Shown: piece after piece, positions 18,301-26,974 of the stretch
Layout: each line of letters begins with the position of its first letter
Position numbering within the stretch: position 1 is the stretch's first letter
Source: an uncultured bacterium
Lineage (GTDB): Bacteria; Fermentibacterota; Fermentibacteria; Fermentibacterales; JCC-6
Length of the DNA stretch: 64,000 nucleotides
Reading direction: 5' to 3'
Assembly: GCA_964426545.1 (NCBI GenBank)
Contig: CAYRQP010000001.1
Span: forward strand, 144,507 to 208,506
Notes under the pieces: generated by a model
Seen by the model: the letters and a program-made list of their open reading frames with translations, nothing else
What the model was told of the DNA's origin: nothing
The model's database searches: none
Position numbers and translations under genes: made by a program

Positions 18301-19248
18301 ATGATTTTTAGAAAGGAGGACTCTGTGGGCTCTTTCAGGGACAGAAGCATAATCTCCATCAGGGACATGTCAGTCGACGACCTGCTTACCATTGTAGACC
18401 GAACCGGGAAGGTGAAATCAGGCGGGAAACCTGACTTCCTGAACGGCAGTACCATTGCCGCACTCTTCCTCGAACCATCCACAAGGACAAGGCTCTCTTT
18501 CGAATCTTCAATCCTGCAGGCAGGCGGAACGGTATTCGGAATTGCAAGCCCCGGTACTTCTTCACAGAGCAAGGGTGAAACTTTTGCCGATACTGTCAGA
18601 ACTGTATCGGGATACTGCAATGCGATGGTCATCCGCCACCCTGTCGAGGGAGCTGCTCGAATGGCATCCGAACTCCTCAATGTTCCCGTGATCAATGCAG
18701 GCGACGGTGCCAACCAGCACCCGACTCAAACCTTCCTCGACCTCTTCACAATACACGAAAGCCTGGGCACACTCAGAGGGCTGAAAGTCGGAATGATAGG
18801 CGATTTGAAATACGGCAGGACAGTCCACTCTCTCACACACGCTCTTGCGATGTTCGATGCAGAACTTACATTTATCTCCCATCCGTCCCTTGGAATGCCT
18901 GAAGAAACACTGCGTGAATTGCAGGAACACGGCATAGGATACAATGTCTTCAGGGAACCCGATGAAGCACAGGACTCCGGACTTGATATACTGTATGTGA
19001 CACGAATCCAGAAGGAGAGATTCGGTGACCCGCAGGAATATGAAAATGTAGCACACAGTTACAGGGTCACACCTGACACGGTCGATCTACTCGGTGGAGA
19101 TGTGAAGATTATGCATCCGCTTCCGCGTGTCGATGAGATTTCCGAAGAAGTCGATGCACTGCCCAATGCACTTTATTTCAAACAGGCTCATAATGGAATT
19201 CCCACAAGACAGGCACTTCTCGGTCTGGTGACGGGAGGGCTCGAATGA
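18301..19248 (+). CDS. pyrB: Aspartate carbamoyltransferase catalytic subunit
   Basis: 315 aa with STRTR and HPxQ motifs (EPSTRTRLSFE; HPLP). Confidence 0.9.
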   Translation: MIFRKEDSVGSFRDRSIISIRDMSVDDLLTIVDRTGKVKSGGKPDFLNGSTIAALFLEPSTRTRLSFESSILQAGGTVFGIASPGTSSQSKGETFADTVRTVSGYCNAMVIRHPVEGAARMASELLNVPVINAGDGANQHPTQTFLDLFTIHESLGTLRGLKVGMIGDLKYGRTVHSLTHALAMFDAELTFISHPSLGMPEETLRELQEHGIGYNVFREPDEAQDSGLDILYVTRIQKERFGDPQEYENVAHSYRVTPDTVDLLGGDVKIMHPLPRVDEISEEVDALPNALYFKQAHNGIPTRQALLGLVTGGLE

Positions 19249-19706
19249 TGGACAGGGCATACAGAGTATATGCAATTAAGAACGGCACGGTCATTGACCA
19301 CATTCCAACTCCTCTCGCATTGAAGGTGATTGAGATACTCGGACTGGGAAATGAAGGTATATTAACGATAGGAATCGGGTTCAAATCGAAAAGACACCCC
19401 GGCGGCAAGGATGTCGTGAAGATAGAGAACAAAATACTCTCATCCGATGAAACAGATATGATTGCTCTCATTGCACCTGAAGCCACAATCAACATCATAG
19501 AGAACAGCACCGTCGCGGAGAAGCGTCCAATCTCTCTTCCGGCCGCTGCAACTGTTGTAAAATGCCCGAATCCCAACTGCGCAACCAATAAGATCGGTGC
19601 AAAGCACATTTTTATTCTCGAAGATGCCGACACTGTCACATACCGATGCAGATACTGCGAGAGAACCACTGTCGTGAAGCCGGAATATCTGATTGCTCCT
19701 GACTGA
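19245..19706 (+). CDS. pyrI: Aspartate carbamoyltransferase regulatory subunit
   Basis: 153 aa with a C-terminal Zn domain (CPNPNCATN ... YRCRYCE). Overlaps the pyrB stop by 4 nt. Confidence 0.85.
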   Translation: MMDRAYRVYAIKNGTVIDHIPTPLALKVIEILGLGNEGILTIGIGFKSKRHPGGKDVVKIENKILSSDETDMIALIAPEATINIIENSTVAEKRPISLPAAATVVKCPNPNCATNKIGAKHIFILEDADTVTYRCRYCERTTVVKPEYLIAPD

Positions 19707-19713
19707 TTAACAG

Positions 19714-21330
19714 ATGACATCGAACATCACCTGCACTCGGGATAGACTCACAGACAGATGGGTTAATCTATGTATCATCCTGGCAGTCCTGTCACTCTAT
19801 TTTGTGTTCATGAACTCTCCTATCTACGGAGACGGGTACGGATACGGGTACCGGACTGCAAACTGGATGGAGGTGCACAATCTTCAGCCCATACCTGCAG
19901 GCAGTGGCAAAGGTGAAAACTGCATGGGGCATCCTGCATTTTTCTTCTGGTTATGGGCAGTTCTCATGCGGGTATTTGGAAGGCATGTCTGGGTCGCTCA
20001 CCTCCTCCCTGCAGTTGCAACATATTTTGCACTCTACGGAACTTACAAACTGGGTAGGGCACTGGCAGGCGTTCTTCCGGGAATACTCTCTGCCACAGCT
20101 CTCCTTGTCAGCCCCCTATTCATAACACAGGCTTACAGGCCGCTGCCTGATTCCGCCCTGTGTGCGGCTGTAGTCTGGTCTCTCTATTTCTTCCATCGCA
20201 GGAATGACATTGCCGCAGCTCTTCTGTGTCTTCTGGCAGTGATATTCCGCGAACAGGGTATTCTGCTTGCAGGAGCGTATTTTCTGACTGAACTGTTAAG
20301 AAGCGGCATAAGAAAACCGATGAAACTACTTCTGTGGTGCTCCCCACTTCTTGTCATAGTAGCAATGATGTTCATCAACCGTTTCGTAAGCGGCTGGTAT
20401 CTGCATGAGAATTATGTCGGTAAAGCACCGAGGGTGTATGAGAACTGGATTGCTCACAGGTTCTACCTTTTCGGGGGGCATCTGCTGGCTTTCAATTACA
20501 AATGGATTCCCTTTACAGCCCTTTCCGGTGCATTGTTGTGGCGAACGTTTAAAGGAGTATGGAAATACATCGCCGTTCCCTCCGTAATTCTTCTTGCACT
20601 TACGGGAAGCGGTGAAGGCACTCCTATCCTAATCTATCAGGTTCTGCTCGCACTAACTCTGCTGCTGCTTATCATCGGGAAAAGGAAACTCCCAAAGAAC
20701 TTTAACATGACTGCAATTCTGTTTATCTTCCTTATGATCTTCTTCCATGTATTCATCATGGCTGTCAGTCACGATACGATGCTCGACCTGCTAAGATACG
20801 TCATCGGAGTTTATCCGGCTCTGATTCTGCTTCTTCTGTGCGGACTGGCAAAAAACACCGACAGACGCATTTTCATTTCGGTTACGGTCGCTTTCATCAT
20901 CCTGACAGGACTCAGCAACCGCGAAGTTCCGTATATCAATCAATCAGATACTACACTTGCAGGGCTTGCACTTCCACAGAGCATCATATATGCGATCGAA
21001 GAGACTGAACAATGGCAGGATACTCTCATATTCCCACAGGACAAACTGGATTATCTGCTCGAACCGTCTCTTGGCTATGTCAGTACTCCCCTTCCTGCAC
21101 GGACCCTATCCGAGGAATCCGATTCATTGGCCGAGGGTGTCTCATACACTCTGGTCATACCGAATGACAACATTCCCGACAGCCTGTTTTACCACACGGC
21201 ACTTGAATTGGTGCCGGCAAATTCGCAAATGAATTTCTTCACTCAGGTAAATACCGGTGATTTCAAAGTGGATATTTTCAGAATTACACCAATCTCCGGC
21301 AGTAGTACAGTACCGGTTCCTGAGAACTAA
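19714..21330 (+). CDS. GT-C fold membrane glycosyltransferase, GT39/ArnT (PMT_2)-like, paralog 1
   Basis: 538 aa with about 11 TM segments. The N-terminal loop (GDGYGYGYRTANW...GHPAFFFWLWAVLMRVFG) resembles the ArnT/PMT first periplasmic loop (DE..Y...KPPLxYWL). Confidence 0.65.
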   Translation: MTSNITCTRDRLTDRWVNLCIILAVLSLYFVFMNSPIYGDGYGYGYRTANWMEVHNLQPIPAGSGKGENCMGHPAFFFWLWAVLMRVFGRHVWVAHLLPAVATYFALYGTYKLGRALAGVLPGILSATALLVSPLFITQAYRPLPDSALCAAVVWSLYFFHRRNDIAAALLCLLAVIFREQGILLAGAYFLTELLRSGIRKPMKLLLWCSPLLVIVAMMFINRFVSGWYLHENYVGKAPRVYENWIAHRFYLFGGHLLAFNYKWIPFTALSGALLWRTFKGVWKYIAVPSVILLALTGSGEGTPILIYQVLLALTLLLLIIGKRKLPKNFNMTAILFIFLMIFFHVFIMAVSHDTMLDLLRYVIGVYPALILLLLCGLAKNTDRRIFISVTVAFIILTGLSNREVPYINQSDTTLAGLALPQSIIYAIEETEQWQDTLIFPQDKLDYLLEPSLGYVSTPLPARTLSEESDSLAEGVSYTLVIPNDNIPDSLFYHTALELVPANSQMNFFTQVNTGDFKVDIFRITPISGSSTVPVPEN

Positions 21331-22904
21331 TGATGTCATTCCGCGATAAGACCGACAGGCTTTTCTACGGGGCTGTATTCATCGTAGTCCTTGTTCTGTT
21401 CTTCGTCTGGTTTGGCAGAATGCCGTTTCTCGGTGATGCGTATTACTACGGTTATCACAGCACCACCTGGATGGCTGATAACGGACTCCCCCCTATTCCG
21501 CATGGAGAGATGAAGGGCGAAGACTGCGTAGGTCATCCCGGTTACTTCTTCTGGTTATGGGCAATCCTGTTGACTGTCTTCGGAGATACTGCAATGACTG
21601 CGCATGTCCTGCCGGCTCTCTGTGTGTTCTTCTCTCTTGCCGGAATATACAAACTCGGCAGGGAACTGGCGGAAATTCAGGTTGGAGTGTTTTCTGCAAT
21701 TGCTCTTCTTGTCAGTCCCGTGTTCATCACACAGGGTTTTATTCCGCTTCCTGTGTCAGCTGCGGTTGCCGCAGCTGTCTGGGCACTTTATTTTCACTCC
21801 AAAGGCAGGTTCGTCAAGGCTGCTGTACTATGTTCGGTTGCTGTCATCATGCGCGAGCAGGTGCTTCTTCTTGCAGGGGCTTTCTTCTTTGCGGAATTGA
21901 TCACGAACGGATTCAGGAAACCTGTCAGGCTGATTACTTACTGCCTGCCCATCCTGGTACTTGGACTGACCTTTCTGGCAAACTACCTCGTGAAGGGATA
22001 TTTCATTCAGATTACCCACAGTTTCTCACGGGAGATCACCATCAACTGGACTGAACTTTCGAAACGCATAGTCTATTTCACGGAGCACCTTCTGATATCA
22101 GACTGGAGGTGGATTCCTGTGACTGCCGGAACAGCGATGATTGCTCTGAAGAAGTTTCCCTATTGGCTGGCGGGGCTGTTTATTTTATCTCTCTCCCTGA
22201 CTGCACTTCTCGGCCTAACGGTGCTGTATTCACTCTTCCTGTTCATCATAACCGTTCTCCTGTTATTCAGATACCGCCGAATGCCATCCGCTACGATCCT
22301 CTCAATGATGCTAGTCATAATCCTAATGATAATATTCATGGCATCCGTCAAGTATCTTACTGAATTCGGACTTGGCTTCGACCTTTACCGCTATGTACTT
22401 TCCGCCTATCCAGCAGTTATCGTGCTTGCACTTTGGGTGCTCTCGAAGGCATCTAACAGGTACATTCTCCCGGCAGTTTCAATACTCTTCATCGTCCTGA
22501 CCGCATCTTCGAATCTGATTTACAGGACTGACAAACAATATGATACCACTTTAATTTCTGTCCTTCATTTTCAGCAGATCCGCGATGCAGCCAAATGGGC
22601 TGAATCGAGAGGTGACACCGTGATAGTACCGCAATCCTTTGTTCCCGCATTCAAGTATCCGACACTCGGCTTTGTGGATGAACCGTATCCTGTCCGCTCC
22701 CTCCATAAAATCTGCGGACCTCTGGATTATTCGGCTTCCTACAGCGTGATAGTACCGCTTCTCGATGAACATTCATCTTTCATGGACACCCTTTCAGCGA
22801 ATTACGTTTTCAAGTATATGGACATTGTGCAGGATACGGTTTTTCAGGACGGGTCATTTATCACAAATACATATATCCTGATCAATGACGGGAACCCGGA
22901 ATGA
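21330..22904 (+). CDS. GT-C fold membrane glycosyltransferase, GT39/ArnT-like, paralog 2
   Basis: 524 aa, clearly paralogous to the preceding gene (LGDAYYYGYHSTTW...GHPGYFFWLWAILLTVFG). Its start ATG overlaps the upstream stop (TAATG). Confidence 0.65.
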   Translation: MMSFRDKTDRLFYGAVFIVVLVLFFVWFGRMPFLGDAYYYGYHSTTWMADNGLPPIPHGEMKGEDCVGHPGYFFWLWAILLTVFGDTAMTAHVLPALCVFFSLAGIYKLGRELAEIQVGVFSAIALLVSPVFITQGFIPLPVSAAVAAAVWALYFHSKGRFVKAAVLCSVAVIMREQVLLLAGAFFFAELITNGFRKPVRLITYCLPILVLGLTFLANYLVKGYFIQITHSFSREITINWTELSKRIVYFTEHLLISDWRWIPVTAGTAMIALKKFPYWLAGLFILSLSLTALLGLTVLYSLFLFIITVLLLFRYRRMPSATILSMMLVIILMIIFMASVKYLTEFGLGFDLYRYVLSAYPAVIVLALWVLSKASNRYILPAVSILFIVLTASSNLIYRTDKQYDTTLISVLHFQQIRDAAKWAESRGDTVIVPQSFVPAFKYPTLGFVDEPYPVRSLHKICGPLDYSASYSVIVPLLDEHSSFMDTLSANYVFKYMDIVQDTVFQDGSFITNTYILINDGNPE

Positions 22905-24286
22905 AACGCATATGTCTTCTCTACCCCCCGCGGCCCGGCGGCACAGGTTCCAACCTTGTCCCCCCTATCGGACTCCTGTCTCTCGGAGCCGTCCTTGAAA
23001 ATGCAGGATTCCATGTGACATTGGTCGATGCCGCTCTGACAGGGCACTCGGGAGAAACGCTGCTGGATGATGTCATTGGTGCTGAACCCGATATCCTGAT
23101 GATATCTGCATTCACTTCGGATGTTTTCATCCTGAAGTCAGAGATTACTCGCATGCGCAGGACTCTTCCCGATATTCCCTTCTTTCTCGGCGGTCCGCAC
23201 TCATCTTCCGTAGGAGTTGCTGCCTTCGATGACTTTCCGGAAGTCGATGCGGTTTTCCTCGGAGAATCTGAAGAAACAATCATCGAAGTACTGGAGTCTC
23301 CTAACTCACTGCCGGCGAAGGGAGTGATCTTCCGCGGGGACATTCATCCGGCAGAACCGGCTTTCATTCAGGACCTTTCTACACTCCCTGTACCTGCATG
23401 GCATCTTGCTCCTCCTGACCTGTACCGCGGACTCCCAAACGGTGTAGTGCTGAAGAAACTTCCCTACGCTCCGATAATCACCTCCCGTGGCTGTCCATAT
23501 CTCTGTACTTTCTGCGCAGGCTTCCGGGTGACGGGACGGCGAATCAGAAGGCGACCGCTTGAACATGTGTGGAAAGAGATAGAACTTCTCGTGAATGACT
23601 TCGGAGTAAGGGAAATTCATATAGAAGATGATAATTTCACCCTCGACAGGAACTACGCAAAAGAATTCTGCAGAGAAGCAATCGAGAGGAATCTTCCTAC
23701 TCTCTTTTCCACTCCGAACGGCATAAGACTTGATTCTCTCGATGACGAACTACTCGACCTGATGAAAGAAGCAGGCTGGTATGTCATCCACTGCGGAATA
23801 GAGTCAGGCTCGGACGAAATCCTGAAGAGAACAAAGAAAGCCACAACCACCACAAAGATACAGGAGAAGATAGATCTGATTCACAGGCACGGACTGCCCG
23901 TTGCAGGATATTTCATACTCGGTATCCCCGGTGAAACCTGTGCTGACATCGAAAAAACAATACTATTCGCAGTCGACAGTGGGATAGAATGGGCTCAATT
24001 CGCCTCCTTCCTCCCGATCCCGGGCTCTGAGGACGGCGATAACTACCTCAAAGATCACGACCTTGCATCCGACGGTTGGAAGGCATTTCACAACACGGAA
24101 TGCCCTGCTCCGCCTGCGGGAATTACTCAAGCGCATCTCAATAAACTGCAGAAGAGAGCCTTCCTCAGATTCTACCTGCGCCCCGCTCAGCTCTTCCGCA
24201 CAGCCGGTTTGCTTTTCCACCGCGGGACCTTCCGTCGGCTGCTTTCCCGCTTCACTGCATACCTCTCTACCTCAAAGAACTCCTAA
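22901..24286 (+). CDS. Cobalamin (B12)-binding domain radical SAM protein (class B rSAM)
   Basis: 461 aa with an N-terminal B12-binding-like Rossmann region and the radical SAM motif CPYLCTFCAG. The start overlaps the upstream stop (ATGA). Confidence 0.85.
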   Translation: MKRICLLYPPRPGGTGSNLVPPIGLLSLGAVLENAGFHVTLVDAALTGHSGETLLDDVIGAEPDILMISAFTSDVFILKSEITRMRRTLPDIPFFLGGPHSSSVGVAAFDDFPEVDAVFLGESEETIIEVLESPNSLPAKGVIFRGDIHPAEPAFIQDLSTLPVPAWHLAPPDLYRGLPNGVVLKKLPYAPIITSRGCPYLCTFCAGFRVTGRRIRRRPLEHVWKEIELLVNDFGVREIHIEDDNFTLDRNYAKEFCREAIERNLPTLFSTPNGIRLDSLDDELLDLMKEAGWYVIHCGIESGSDEILKRTKKATTTTKIQEKIDLIHRHGLPVAGYFILGIPGETCADIEKTILFAVDSGIEWAQFASFLPIPGSEDGDNYLKDHDLASDGWKAFHNTECPAPPAGITQAHLNKLQKRAFLRFYLRPAQLFRTAGLLFHRGTFRRLLSRFTAYLSTSKNS

Positions 24287-24331
24287 TCTGTATATTTCCG
24301 TGTCGGTTCTGCAAACCGGAGTAGGGGAATA

Positions 24332-25030
24332 ATGATACAGGATAAGACAATTGGGCTTGTAATTCCCGCGCATAATGAAGAGCAGGGGCTTCCTGCTGTT
24401 CTGAAACTTGTTCCCGACTGCGTGGACAAGATCCTGGTAGTTGACAACTGCTCGACAGACAAAACTGCCGAAGTTGCGAGGGAGTTCGGAGCGGAAGTAG
24501 TAAACCAGCCCATCAAGGGATACGGCCATGCATACATGGCGGGTTTCGATGCAATCGATACAGACATCGTGACCACGTCAGATGCGGACGGGACATATCC
24601 GGTCGACAGAATCACCATGCTTGTGAATACACTTATCGCTCAGGACATCGATTTCATTTCTGCAAGACGAATTCCGGACGACCATGCACATACTTTTAAT
24701 AACACATTGCGCTTCTCAGGGAATGCTGTTCTCACATTGTTTACCATGCTGCTGTTTTGGAAGAAGATTCTCGACAGCCAGTCAGGGATGTGGGTCTTTC
24801 ACAGACATGTCTTCGATGGTCTGAATCTGACAAGCGGTGGAATGCCCTTCTCCGAAGAACTCAAAATCGAAGTATGGCGCAAAAAGGGAGTCAAATGCAA
24901 AGAGATAGGTGTCCCGTTCAGCTATTCAGAACGCCTGGGCGACGCCAAACTCAATCTGTGGCGCGACGGCTTCCGCAACCTCATCTTCCTCTTCGCCAAA
25001 CGCTTTGGTATTCCGATGACGAAAGCGTAA
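24332..25030 (+). CDS. GT2 glycosyltransferase, dolichyl/polyprenyl-phosphate mannose (or glucose) synthase-like
   Basis: 232 aa. N-terminus IGLVIPAHNEEQGLPAVL, DxD region (TSDADG), and overall DPM1/GtrB-like GT-A fold. Confidence 0.8.
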   Translation: MIQDKTIGLVIPAHNEEQGLPAVLKLVPDCVDKILVVDNCSTDKTAEVAREFGAEVVNQPIKGYGHAYMAGFDAIDTDIVTTSDADGTYPVDRITMLVNTLIAQDIDFISARRIPDDHAHTFNNTLRFSGNAVLTLFTMLLFWKKILDSQSGMWVFHRHVFDGLNLTSGGMPFSEELKIEVWRKKGVKCKEIGVPFSYSERLGDAKLNLWRDGFRNLIFLFAKRFGIPMTKA

Positions 25031-25079
25031 GTAAATCTCTTTTATGTTGGTAGGTGCTTATAGGGGACACTCCTCCTTC

Positions 25080-25110
25080 TGTAGGGACATGATTTCTTCG
25101 TGTCCCGTTA
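25080..25110. repeat. Hairpin-forming repeat TGTAGGGACATGATTTCTTCGTGTCCCGTTA (GGGACA/TGTCCC family)
   Basis: Near-identical copies are at 54076-54105 and, partially, at 53985-54006. Related GGGACAC-armed hairpins are at 16955-17036 and 63841-63897. Confidence 0.7.
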
Positions 25111-25148
25111 GAGCTGGTACTTGAATAGACGACAGGTGCTAATAAACA

Positions 25149-25169
25149 AGTGATATGCTCACTTATCTT
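25149..25169. repeat. Copy of the 9-5-9 palindromic motif (degenerate left arm): AAGTGA-TATGC-TCACTTATC
   Basis: Shares TATGC-TCACTTATC with the full palindromes at 26831-26853 and 26952-26974. A CTTATCTT half-site is repeated again at 25174-25182. Confidence 0.6.
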
Positions 25170-25565
25170 GTAAACTTATCTTCGGTCTGGGTGGATTCTG
25201 CAGCAGCTGCAATGTTTCCTTTGCAGGGTATTCTTTTCCCCAAAGCTGTACAATCGCTTTTGAAGCATCGTTGCTGACTGCGAGTTCATTATTACAATAG
25301 GATCAAAGAACTTTTCCTTAAGATAATCGCGATAATCCTCCGGGCTGCTTAAATGGCGTTTTCGCGCTTTTTGTCAGGAACCTTTGGCCATACTATCTTG
25401 CTCCAATAAAGCTGATAGCGGGGATTAGCAAAAATATCGTCCCAGGTGAGACCGAAATTTTCAGCCATGAAACGACGAGTACTTCGCAGTCGTGCAATGC
25501 TGTTTTTCTGCCTTTTGTTAATCTCAAGATCAAGAACACACGAAGGAACAAATTCATTAACTCAA

Positions 25566-26054
25566 TTAACATTGTATCCCATTCGTGCTTTGCCCGGAAC
25601 ATTCTGCCATAAAGGTAGCTTCGAACACCAACTCTGATGCTGTTTTGACTTTTGAGTATGTGTCAATAGCATGCTTTTGCTGAAAGTCGATTGTTGGAGA
25701 ATGAAGTTCTGCAGCTCTTTCAAGGGTCTTCACAGCTGCTTCGATTACCATTACCCGGGTCAGGTCGAGAACCACATCGTCTTCAAGCATCATTATGTTA
25801 AAGTCTAAAGAATCCGTCGCTGCTTCTTCCATATCGAAGATTCGCTGATAGTACTCAGACTGTTTTTCCCGGTCGTCCGGAGGTAGAAGGTTAAAGGCCG
25901 TATGGTAAGCAGCTGTGTAGGTAATGATAGGTGGGATTGCATCTGTATCAGTTCCTGTATCCACAGGTCTCTCTGATGGAGGAGGTACATCGGTTGAAAG
26001 TTCAGGAAGCAGTTGGAAGAGTTCAGTATAGGTCGGATCACTAACGAAAGTCAT
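25566..26054 (-). CDS. Hypothetical protein (orphan, in low-GC islet)
   Basis: 162-aa ORF with ATG start and GAGGGG just upstream. It sits in a region of about 42% GC against about 50% in the flanks. Confidence 0.35.
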   Translation of the reverse strand: MTFVSDPTYTELFQLLPELSTDVPPPSERPVDTGTDTDAIPPIITYTAAYHTAFNLLPPDDREKQSEYYQRIFDMEEAATDSLDFNIMMLEDDVVLDLTRVMVIEAAVKTLERAAELHSPTIDFQQKHAIDTYSKVKTASELVFEATFMAECSGQSTNGIQC

Positions 26055-26083
26055 CCCCTCGGCGCCTGCTTCTGCTGTTTCTA

Positions 26084-26536
26084 CTAAGGAATCATATAGT
26101 TTCCATGCGCTTTTGGTTTAGCGTTATCCGGTCCCAATATGGAGGAGTACTGACCCAGCACAGCTTTCGCCATGGAAAGTGCCTGTTTAACTGTGTCATC
26201 CATTATGAACCTCCCTGAAGACCGTTCCCAGCATCTCGAGTACCTTGTCGGTAAAAACAATCCTGTTACGTATGGTTTGTAGGATAAGAGTTTCTCCCAT
26301 GATGCTTCTGGATCAGCTTCTTTTAGTTCCTTCCAGGAATTCTCCAGAAAATGCAGATTACGTCGTCTTTCCCTCGATTCCCGTGGATCCGCAGCCAGCT
26401 GAAGAACAGCATTCATTATCGAACAGACAGTACCGGCAGCCTTGTTCTCCATCTGATCAAGATTGTCCTGCGCCTCGAAGTCAGTCAGTGACTCAATCAA
26501 CTCCTGCAGCGTGGTAGCTACATTAATTACGTCCAA
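26084..26536 (-). CDS. Hypothetical protein (orphan, in low-GC islet), TTG start
   Basis: 150-aa ORF in tandem with 25566..26054, separated by a 27-nt gap. It contains RERRRNLH, which is Rx4H-like, but I consider this a weak hint. Confidence 0.35.
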   Translation of the reverse strand: MDVINVATTLQELIESLTDFEAQDNLDQMENKAAGTVCSIMNAVLQLAADPRESRERRRNLHFLENSWKELKEADPEASWEKLLSYKPYVTGLFLPTRYSRCWERSSGRFIMDDTVKQALSMAKAVLGQYSSILGPDNAKPKAHGNYMIP

Positions 26537-26700
26537 CCTGTCCCGGTTTTTTTGCCTTTAACTCCTGCCCCAGCACTTCATGGATTTGCACCATGTTCCC
26601 ATTCAGATCATGAGCTTTGGCTTTTTCGGTGGAGAGCATATTTCCAGTCTCTCTTACTCTATCACAGAATCCACTGTAAGTACCCGCATCATTCAGCATC
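26527..26700 (-). CDS. Small ORF (58 aa, MLNDAGTYSGFCDRVRETGNM...), possibly a frame-broken fragment
   Basis: I translated this by hand. Its stop overlaps the TTG start of the next ORF. A 24-codon ORF (MKKKYLHYFLTVPQNPGTQPGEDR) lies just upstream in another frame, consistent with a frameshifted gene. Confidence 0.2.
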
Positions 26701-26830
26701 TCAAGGTAATACTCACAGTCAACGATCTTCTCCCGGTTGAGTTCCGGGGTTCTGCGGTACTGTTAAGAAGTAATGTAAGTACTTCTTTTTCATTTCGAAT
26801 ATCCTGTCCATTTTCATCCTCTCAAGCAGA

Positions 26831-26853
26831 GATAAGTGAGCATATCACTTATC
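26831..26853. repeat. 9-5-9 perfect palindrome GATAAGTGA-GCATA-TCACTTATC
   Basis: Seen directly. A near-identical copy with an inverted centre (GATAAGTGA-TATGC-TCATTTATC) lies at 26952-26974, overlapping the queH stop. Extra half-sites TAAGTGATATG occur at 26915-26926. Confidence 0.7.
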
Positions 26854-26951
26854 TATGTAGAATTGTATGTAGTACCGTATCATCTTAACTAGATTACTAT
26901 ACAAATATTCGTAGGAGTAGAATTAAGTGATATGATACTTTTTAACCAAGA

Positions 26952-26974
26952 GATAAGTGATATGCTCATTTATC
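26952..26974. repeat. Second copy of the 9-5-9 palindrome (centre inverted, one arm mismatch)
   Basis: Seen directly. Located about 100 bp from the first copy, at the queH-proximal edge of the islet. Confidence 0.7.

Noticed and set aside
19714-22904. GT-C proteins as oligosaccharyltransferases (STT3/PglB, GT66) performing N-glycosylation, which would fit the GH85 enzyme
   Set aside because: They are 520-540 aa, have no WWDYG-type motif or large C-terminal periplasmic domain, and their first-loop signature resembles ArnT/PMT (GT83/GT39) instead. Any link to the GH85 enzyme is speculative only.
25393-25602. 69-aa minus-strand ORF (MFRAKHEWDTMLIELMNLF...) as a real gene
   Set aside because: Its composition looks like an out-of-frame translation. 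A different frame over the same DNA gives a more protein-like sequence (…SIARLRSTRRFMAENFGLTWDDIF…) that is itself truncated, so I treated the area as decayed coding DNA.
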